A stretch of 64,000 nt of DNA from an uncultured Actinomycetota bacterium (GTDB taxonomy: Bacteria; Actinomycetota; Actinomycetes; CAVWCF01): the NCBI GenBank assembly GCA_963753435.1, contig CAVWCF010000001.1, forward strand, positions 96,001-160,000, read 5' to 3'. The notes under the pieces were generated by a model. It did not search any database, was not told the origin of the DNA, and saw only the letters and a program-made list of their open reading frames with translations. Shown in pieces: positions 52,246-64,000 of this stretch. The number at the start of each line of letters is the position of its first letter. The first letter of the stretch is position 1. Made by a program: the position numbers and the translations under genes.

Positions 52246-52710
52246 TTAGCGCAGCACGCCCCAGTTGCGCAGCAGTGCCACGAGTTCGGCCCCGGACAAG
52301 TCGTAGAGCAATGCCAGTGTCTGCACATCGCTGGCTCGCACGGTCAGGACCTGCCCGTTGTAGTCCCCACGCATTCGCTGCAGCGAACGGGCGAAGCGGA
52401 CAAGCGGACCTGCGGTTTCGGCGGGGACCGCGCCCAGCCGAACAAGGTCGAGAACCACGCGGTCGCCGGCTCCGTTGTCGGCGACCTCCGGATCTTCGGG
52501 AAGCAGCTCCGAGATCGGCACGCCATACAGATCCGCGAGAGCGGCCAGCCGCTCCACCGTGATGCTGCGGTCGCCGCGCTCGTACGACCCGATCACTACC
52601 GCTTTGTGCTCGCCCAGTGAGCGCTCTTCCACCTGCTGCAGGCTCAGGCGTTGCTGCCGTCGGATCCGACGCAGATTGGCACCCACGGCGTGGGCGTAAC
52701 TTCCCGGCAC
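52246..52710 (-). CDS. bldD: BldD family transcriptional regulator (XRE HTH plus c-di-GMP-binding C-terminal domain)
   Basis: KAVVIGSYERGDR, YGVPISELLP and RGD-YNGQVLTV-RASD (RxD-X8-RxxD); divergent from pyrR. Confidence 0.9.
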   Translation of the reverse strand: MPGSYAHAVGANLRRIRRQQRLSLQQVEERSLGEHKAVVIGSYERGDRSITVERLAALADLYGVPISELLPEDPEVADNGAGDRVVLDLVRLGAVPAETAGPLVRFARSLQRMRGDYNGQVLTVRASDVQTLALLYDLSGAELVALLRNWGVLR

Positions 52711-52722
52711 GAGCCCCCCTTG

Positions 52723-52737
52723 GTGACGCTGTGTGAC
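52723..52737. promoter_or_regulatory. BldD box (autoregulatory)
   Basis: GTGACGCTGTGTGAC fits nTnACnCwGnGTnAn at every position, 12 nt upstream of the bldD start. Confidence 0.8.
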
Positions 52738-52810
52738 CCCGAAGTGTGTCCGAGACCCCCGCGGCGACGCAGCCCGATGTCCACATCCCGGCTGCTGATA
52801 CGGTGAAGCG

Positions 52811-54359
<1,549 letters not shown>

Positions 54360-54363
<4 letters not shown>

Positions 54364-55655
54364 GCGTGGTGATCCGTGGCGTGCGCCCGTTGGGCGGCGA
54401 ACCGGTCGACTTGGTGCTTGATGGCGAGGTGATCACCGATGTGGTCAAGGCCGGGTCCGGCAGCGGCGCTGAGGTTGTCGACGCCGACGGCCTGGTAGCG
54501 CTGCCCGGGCTGGTGGACCTGCACACGCACCTGCGCGAGCCCGGTGGCGAGGACGCCGAGACCGTCGCGAGCGGCTCGGCGGCAGCGGCGCGCGGCGGAT
54601 TCACGGCGGTGCACGCGATGGCCAACACCGACCCGGTCGCCGACACCGCCGGTGTGGTCGAGCAGGTCTGGCGCCGGGGCCTGGAGGCAGGACTGGTCGA
54701 TGTGCGTCCGGTCGGGGCGGTGACCGTTGGCCTTCGTGGCGAGCAACTGGCCGAACTCGGCGCGATGGCGGACTCGGCCGCCGGGGTACGGGTCTTCAGC
54801 GATGACGGGCGCTGCGTCTGGGACGCCGTCTTGATGCGGCGGGCCCTGGAGTACGTCAAAGCCTTCGACGGTGTCATCGCCCAACACGCGCAAGAACCGC
54901 GGCTGACCGACGCCGCGCAGATGAACGAGGGCGAGATGTCGGCGCGACTCGGCCTGCGTGGCTGGCCGGCCGTCGCCGAAGAGGCGATCATCGCCCGCGA
55001 CGTGCTCCTGGCCCAGCACGTCGGGTCGAGACTGCATGTGTGTCACGTCTCCACCGCCGGGTCGGTGGAGTTGATCCGTTGGGCCAAGTCCAAGGGCATC
55101 CAGGTGACCGCCGAAGTAACGCCGCACCACCTCCTGCTTACCGACGAGCTGGTCAGCAGCTACGACCCGCGCTTCAAGGTCAACCCGCCGCTGCGGACGG
55201 CCACGGATGTGGAAGCCCTGCGAGTCGGTTTGGCCGACGGCACCATTGACGTTGTCGCCACCGACCACGCACCGCACCCGGCCGAGGACAAGGACTGTGA
55301 GTGGACCGCTGCCGCCTTCGGAATGACCGGGTTGGAGACTGCGCTCTCGGTGGTGTTGGCCACCATGGTTGAGGAGGACAGGTTGGACTACGCGGGCGTC
55401 GCGGACCGGATGTCGTTCCGGCCGGCGGCGATCGGTGGACTGACCGGGCATGGACGGCCGCTGGCAGCAGGCGAGCCGGCGAACCTGGTTCTGCTGGACC
55501 CCGCGGCAGTGCGCGTCATCGACCCCCTCGACACTGCCAGCGCGAGCCGAAACACTCCGTTCGCGGGCCACAAACTCCCCGGACGAGTCGTAGCCACCTA
55601 CCTGCGCGGCAAGGCAACTGTTCGCGACGGCCAGGTACAGGAGGTGGCCGGGTGA
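54360..55655 (+). CDS. pyrC: Dihydroorotase
   Basis: [21 protein letters not shown] and ATDHAPH motifs. Confidence 0.96.
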
Positions 55656-56769
55656 CCGAGGCGCTTCTTGTCCTTGAGGACGGCCGGTCGTTCCGTGGGC
55701 GGTCGTTCGGTGCCGTTGGGGAGACGTTCGGCGAGGCGGTCTTCAACACTGGCATGACCGGGTACCAGGAGACGCTGACGGACCCCTCGTACCACCGCCA
55801 AGTCGTGGTCATGACCGCGCCGCACATCGGCAACACCGGCGTCAACGACGAGGATCCCGAGTCCGAGCGCATCTGGGTGTCCGGCTACGTGGTCCGCGAT
55901 CCGGCGATCCGGCAGTCCAACTGGCGTGCACAGGGCAGCCTCGACGATGACCTGGCTGCGCACGGTGTGGTGGGGATCCGCGACATAGACACCCGCGCTC
56001 TCACCCGGCATCTGCGCGAGCGCGGGGCGATGCGAGTGGGTATCTCCAGCGCCGGGGTCACCGAAGCCGATCTGCTGGCGCGCGTCCAGGACAGCCCCGG
56101 GATGGCCGGAGCGAACCTGACCGCCGAAGTCACCACGGCCCGGCCGTACGTGGTGCCAGCCGTTGGTGAGCACAAGTACACGGTCGCCGCCATCGACCTG
56201 GGCATCAAGCGGATGACGCCCAAGCGCATGGCCGAGCGGGGGATGACGGTGCACGTGCTGCCCGCCAGCAGCACCCTCGCCGACGTGCAGGCGATCGGAG
56301 CCGACGGTGTCTTCTTCTCCAACGGTCCCGGCGACCCAGCTGCTGCGGACGCGGCGGTCGAGCTCATGCGAGCCACGCTGGATGCGCAGATCCCCATCTT
56401 CGGGATTTGTTTCGGCAACCAGATCCTCGGCCGCGCCCTCGGATTCGGTACCTACAAACTGCGCTACGGCCATCGCGGTATCAACCAGCCAGTGGCCGAT
56501 CGGGCCACCGGCCGGGTCGAGATAACCGCGCACAATCACGGGTTTGCCGTGGATGCGCCGCTGTCGGCAACCACGGAGTCTCCGGCCGATACCCGCTACG
56601 GCCGAGTAGCGGTCAGCCATGTCTGCCTCAACGACGACGTCGTTGAAGGCTTGGCCTGCCTCGACGTGCCGGCCTTCAGCGTGCAGTACCACCCAGAGGC
56701 GGCGGCGGGTCCGCATGATTCGGACTACCTGTTCGACCGGTTCGCTCAGCTCATCGAGACGAGCCGCTG

Positions 56770-56770
<1 letters not shown>
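55652..56770 (+). CDS. carA: Carbamoyl-phosphate synthase small chain
   Basis: [28 protein letters not shown] and [12 protein letters not shown] motifs. Confidence 0.97.
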
Positions 56771-60059
<3,289 letters not shown>

Positions 60060-60060
<1 letters not shown>

Positions 60061-60908
60061 TGCCGGTTCAGGTGAATGGCACCGTCCTTTCGGTCCGTCG
60101 GGTGGGGGCGTACACCTTGCTCACCCTCGTCGCTCCTGGGGTAGCGGCCGAGGCGCGCCCGGGGCAGTTCGTGGCACTCAGCGTCGGGGGACCTACTTCC
60201 GCGCACATCCTGCGCCGAGCTTTCTCGATCCATCGCGTCGCTGAACGTGGCGTCTACGGCGGCACCGTTGAGATCGTGGTCAGCCCCCACGGCCCGGGGA
60301 CCAGGTGGTTGGCCGGACTGCGACAGCACGACAACGTGAACGTGGTCGGGCCGATGGGGCGGGGGTTCGTACTGCCCAAGCAGGCGGTCAACGCAACCCT
60401 GGTTGGCGGTGGCTACGGCAGTGCACCGCTGTTCATGCTCGCCGAGCAGTTGCGTGAGCGCGGTTGTCGCGTGGACTTCGTGCTAGGCGCGGCGACGGAG
60501 GGTCGACTCTTCGGTGTGCTTGAAGCCAAGCGCGTCTCCACCGTGGTGACGATCACCACCGAGGACGGCTCCCTGGGGGAGACCGGGCGGGTCTCGGACG
60601 TGCTGCCCGGGCTGCTGGACAAGTCCGAGTCAGAAGTCGTCTACGCCTGCGGCCCGATGCCGATGCTGCAGGCCGTCGCGCAGATCGCCGACCATTACGG
60701 CGCGCACAGCCAGTGCGCCGTGGAGGAGTCCATGGCATGCGGCGTGGGCGTGTGCATGACCTGCGTATTGCCCGTGGTCGGCGCCGACGGTCAGACCCGG
60801 ATGGTTCGTTCGTGCGTCGAGGGCCCGGTATTCGACGGGGAACGAGTGCGCTGGAGTGAGGCCGGCACCGTGCCCGCGGACGCGCTCGGAGCCGGAGGGG
60901 GCCACTGA
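60060..60908 (+). CDS. pyrK: Dihydroorotate dehydrogenase electron transfer subunit
   Basis: RPGQF, VGGGYG, YACGP and ESMACGVGVCMTC...CVEGPVF (2Fe-2S) motifs. Confidence 0.92.
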
Positions 60909-61921
60909 TGACCAAGTTCAACGTTGCCGCTGCCGCCCCACACTCCGACTCGTTGCCGGCAGTAGACATGACCGCCTCGGTCGGCGGCGCCCTGTTGCCG
61001 CAACCGGTGCTCACTGCCTCGGGGTGCGCCGCGGCGGGCCGGGAACTCGATCAGTTCTTCGACATCACTGAGATCGGCGCCATCGTCACCAAGTCGGTGA
61101 TGCTCGCTCCCCGCGCCGGCCGACCGACGCCGCGGATGGCCGAGACGCCAAGCGGCATGCTGAACTCGATTGGGCTACAAGGCCCCGGGATAGATGCGTT
61201 CATCGCCAACGACCTGCGGTGGTTGCGCGAACGCGGCGCCCGGACCGTCGTGTCGATCGCAGGCGGCACCGTCGAGGAGTACCAGCGACTCGCCCAGCGG
61301 TTGCGGCACGTCGAGGAGCTGACCGCGATCGAGGTCAACATCTCCTGCCCCAACGTGGAAGACCGCGGCCAGGTGTTCGCCTGTGATCCATATGCCGCGG
61401 CGGAGGTGGTGGCCGCGGTCCGGCGTGCCAGCGATCCGCGGGTCCCGGTGTTGGCGAAGTTGTCCCCGGACGTGACCGACATCGTGGCAATCGCGCATTC
61501 AGTGGTGGACGCCGGTGCCGACGGACTGTCGATGATCAACACCCTGCTCGGCATGGCCATCGACACCCAGACGATGCGCCCGTTGTTGGGCGGCATTACC
61601 GGTGGCTTGTCCGGGCCGGCCATTCGACCCGTCGCGGTGCGCGCCGTTTGGCAGGTGCACGCGGCGCTGCCGACTGTGCCGATCCTGGGCATGGGCGGCA
61701 TCCGCAACGGGATGGACGCGCTTGAGTTCGTGCTGGCCGGGGCCAGTGCGGTCAGCGTCGGTACGACGGTCTTTGGGGACCCGTCGGCGCCGGTGCGGAT
61801 CCAGCGCGAGTTGCAGCAAGCGCTGGCGGAGCGTGGCTTCGAGCGACTTCAGGACGCCGTGGGGTACGCCCATCGTCCGGTGGAGTTGGAGGAGCAACCG
61901 GAAGTCAACGGTGATTCATGA
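60908..61921 (+). CDS. pyrD: Dihydroorotate dehydrogenase, class 1B catalytic subunit
   Basis: ASGC, MLNSIGLQGPG, EVNISCPNV, KLSPDV and GGLSGPAIRP motifs. Confidence 0.95.
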   Translation: MTKFNVAAAAPHSDSLPAVDMTASVGGALLPQPVLTASGCAAAGRELDQFFDITEIGAIVTKSVMLAPRAGRPTPRMAETPSGMLNSIGLQGPGIDAFIANDLRWLRERGARTVVSIAGGTVEEYQRLAQRLRHVEELTAIEVNISCPNVEDRGQVFACDPYAAAEVVAAVRRASDPRVPVLAKLSPDVTDIVAIAHSVVDAGADGLSMINTLLGMAIDTQTMRPLLGGITGGLSGPAIRPVAVRAVWQVHAALPTVPILGMGGIRNGMDALEFVLAGASAVSVGTTVFGDPSAPVRIQRELQQALAERGFERLQDAVGYAHRPVELEEQPEVNGDS

Positions 61922-62601
61922 AGGCGCCCATCGCCGTCGCCTTGGATGCACCCGATCTGCAAACCGCCGTCGCGTGGGCCGGAGCCTGTCGTAACAGCGT
62001 CAGCACCTTGAAAGTGGGACTGGAGACCTACCTTCGGGACGGTGCCGCCGGGGTCGCTGCGATCCGTGCGGCTGCCCCTGACTGCGACCTGTTCCTGGAC
62101 CTGAAGCTGCATGACATCCCCAACACCGTGGCCGGCGCTGCTCGCTCGATCGCGTCGCTACGGCCGGATCTGTTGACCGTCCACGCATCCGGCGGACCGG
62201 CGATGATCCAAGCCGCTGCTGAGGCGCTTCCAAACACGAAGATCACCGCGGTGACCGTTCTCACGTCGATGAGCGAAGGGGACGTGCAGGCCGTCGGCTG
62301 GGCCGGGACGGCCGAGGAGACCGTTTTGCAGTTGGCCCGGCTCGCAGTTTCATCTGGGGCTCGCGCGCTGGTCTGCTCACCGGCCGAAGTGGGCTCGGTG
62401 CGCGCCGCAGTCGGCGCCGGCGTCACCCTGGTGACTCCGGGTGTGCGGCCGGTGGGCGCGGCCGCTGGTGACCAGGTTCGGGTTACGACTCCGGCGCAGG
62501 CGCTGGCCGACGGCGCGGACCTACTTGTTATCGGCAGGCCGATCACGGCGGCGGCGGACCCGGAGACTGCGGCCGCCGCCATCGCCGCAAGCCTGGCCTG
62601 A
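61918..62601 (+). CDS. pyrF: Orotidine-5'-phosphate decarboxylase
   Basis: VALD, FLDLKLHDIPNTV, VTPGVR and IGRPIT motifs. Confidence 0.96.
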   Translation: MKAPIAVALDAPDLQTAVAWAGACRNSVSTLKVGLETYLRDGAAGVAAIRAAAPDCDLFLDLKLHDIPNTVAGAARSIASLRPDLLTVHASGGPAMIQAAAEALPNTKITAVTVLTSMSEGDVQAVGWAGTAEETVLQLARLAVSSGARALVCSPAEVGSVRAAVGAGVTLVTPGVRPVGAAAGDQVRVTTPAQALADGADLLVIGRPITAAADPETAAAAIAASLA

Positions 62602-62604
62602 GGT

Positions 62605-62635
62605 GCAGCACCGGCCACGTTGCCGCCGGTGCTGC
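62605..62635 (+). terminator. 11-bp perfect stem just after pyrF
   Basis: GCAGCACCGGC-9 nt-GCCGGTGCTGC; no U-tract; overlaps a TTGCCG-18-TAGGTT promoter candidate for mihF. Confidence 0.55.
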
Positions 62636-62690
62636 CGCGTCGCTAGGTTCGTCTTGTCCGAGCAGGCCGTTGTCGTAAGGAGGAGGACAG

Positions 62691-63011
62691 GTGGCGCTAC
62701 CGCCCTTGACCCCCGAACAACGCCAAGCCGCCCTGGCCAAAGCCGCGGACGCACGCCGTGAACGCGCGGCGGTCAAGAGTCGGCTGAAGCATTCGGGGGC
62801 TTCGCTCAGCGACGTCCTGGCCGACGGCGGCAGCAACGAAGTCATCGGCCGCATGAGAGTGGCTGCCCTGCTGGAGGCCATGCCCGGCGTGGGCAAGGTC
62901 AAGGCCGCGGAGATCATGCAGCGGATCGGCATCGCCGAAGGGCGCCGGGTCGGGGGCCTGGGCAAGCACCAGATTGCGGCGTTGCGGCGGGAATTCGGAG
63001 AGCAGCCCTGA
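62691..63011 (+). CDS. mihF: Actinobacterial integration host factor (sIHF/mIHF)
   Basis: [19 protein letters not shown] and [13 protein letters not shown]...[11 protein letters not shown]; AGGAGGAGG RBS; between pyrF and gmk. Confidence 0.95.
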   Translation: MALPPLTPEQRQAALAKAADARRERAAVKSRLKHSGASLSDVLADGGSNEVIGRMRVAALLEAMPGVGKVKAAEIMQRIGIAEGRRVGGLGKHQIAALRREFGEQP

Positions 63012-63574
63012 CCGCTCGGCTGACTGTGCTGTCCGGCCCGTCCGGAGCAGGCAAGTCCACAGTCGTTGCGGAGTTGCTGCGGACGCATCCGGAGGTCTGG
63101 CTTTCGGTCTCGGCGACTACCCGCGCGCCGCGGCCGGGGGAGCGCGACGGGGAGCACTACTTCTTCGTCGATGAGGACACGTTCGACGCTTGGGTCCGCG
63201 AAGGCCGAATGCTGGAGTGGGCGCAGTTCGCCGGGCATCGGTATGGCACCCCGGCCGGTCCGGTCGCCGAGCGGCTGCAATCGGAGGTACCAGTACTGCT
63301 GGAGATCGAACTCGAAGGTGCCCGACAGGTGCGTCGGGCCGCCCCGGATGCGCTGCTGGTGTTCCTGACTGCCCCCGACGAGGCTGAACTTCGCCGCCGG
63401 CTGCTGGATCGCGGCACCGAGACTCCGGACGCCGCGCAGCGGCGGCTGGCCCGGGCTGAGGCGGAACTGGCTGCGGCCGGCGAGTTCGATGAGGTCATCG
63501 TCAACGACGACGTCGGCCGGGCCACGGCTGCGCTGGTAGGCTTCATGGGTCTAAACGGCGACGGCAATGAGTGA
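63008..63574 (+). CDS. gmk: Guanylate kinase (first canonical start GTG 63026; likely CTG start 63008)
   Basis: [34 protein letters not shown] and YGTP motifs. Confidence 0.95.
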   Translation: MTARLTVLSGPSGAGKSTVVAELLRTHPEVWLSVSATTRAPRPGERDGEHYFFVDEDTFDAWVREGRMLEWAQFAGHRYGTPAGPVAERLQSEVPVLLEIELEGARQVRRAAPDALLVFLTAPDEAELRRRLLDRGTETPDAAQRRLARAEAELAAAGEFDEVIVNDDVGRATAALVGFMGLNGDGNE

Positions 63575-63633
63575 CGGCAGTTCGGTCACCGAAGTCAGCG
63601 CCTAATTGGTTTCCTCCTACGGAAGGTGTCCGC

Positions 63634-63894
63634 GTGTCCGCAGCGGGTTCCACTGCCGGCATCACCCACCCGCCCATTGAGTCGCTGGTCGACAAGGCCG
63701 GGTCCAAGTACGCGCTGGTCCTGTACTCGGCCAAGCGTGCGCGGCAGATCAACGCGTACTACAGCCAGTTGGGCGAAGGCCTGTTGGAGTACGTCGGACC
63801 GTTGGTCGAGACCCACGTCCAGGAGAAGCCACTGTCCGTCGCGCTGCGCGAAATCGACGGGGACCTGCTCGAGCTGCAGCGCGAGGAGGCCTGA
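63634..63894 (+). CDS. rpoZ: RNA polymerase omega subunit
   Basis: GITHPPI...[20 protein letters not shown]...[11 protein letters not shown]; GGAAGG RBS before GTG 63634. Confidence 0.95.
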   Translation: MSAAGSTAGITHPPIESLVDKAGSKYALVLYSAKRARQINAYYSQLGEGLLEYVGPLVETHVQEKPLSVALREIDGDLLELQREEA

Positions 63895-63905
63895 CCTAAC
63901 CGGCC

Positions 63906-64000
63906 ATGTCCGGTGATGGGGGCGCGCCGAGGGTCATCCTCGGCGTCGGCGGCGGGATAGCCGCATACAAAGCTGCGGAGCTACTCCGTCTGCTCACCGA
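63906..64000 (+). CDS. coaBC: Phosphopantothenoylcysteine decarboxylase/ligase (3'-truncated by window)
   Basis: Manual translation MSGDGGAPRVILGVGGGIAAYKAAELLRLLT; usual position after rpoZ. Confidence 0.9.
   Translation, partial: MSGDGGAPRVILGVGGGIAAYKAAELLRLLT

Overview
High-GC actinobacterial core-chromosome segment, close to Streptomyces/Nocardioides/Frankiales gene order. In order: distal dcw cluster (murD-ftsW-murG-murC-ftsQ-ftsZ-pgeF-yggS-sepF-yggT-divIVA), an orphan gene, T-box-controlled ileS, DUF167, a histone-like/DksA fusion (DdbA-like), lspA, RluA-family synthase, GNAT, dnaE, the his and trp clusters with several inserted genes, SCO-MauE-DsbA-lgt-VIT, gltBD, pyk, a small accessory junction (DUF222-HNH, DUF1697, USP), bldD, the pyr/car operon, sIHF, gmk, rpoZ and the start of coaBC. 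I saw no rRNA, tRNA, CRISPR array, transposase or prophage. Four genes (murC, ftsZ, ddbA-like, dsbA) carry small indels that look like sequencing errors. I found no large novel multi-gene system. The best leads are: (1) an unannotated 156-aa gene behind an exact sigma-28/WhiG-type promoter (TAAA-N16-GCCGATAA), in a genome that also encodes BldD with an intact c-di-GMP motif and BldD box; (2) a DUF222-HNH nuclease with an exact PafBC/RecA-NDp DNA-damage promoter at an apparent synteny break; (3) an alpha/beta-hydrolase lacking the nucleophile Ser; (4) three probable CTG starts overlapping upstream TGA stops; (5) a GxHH-type IleRS. All family calls are by eye from remembered motifs; no database search was run.
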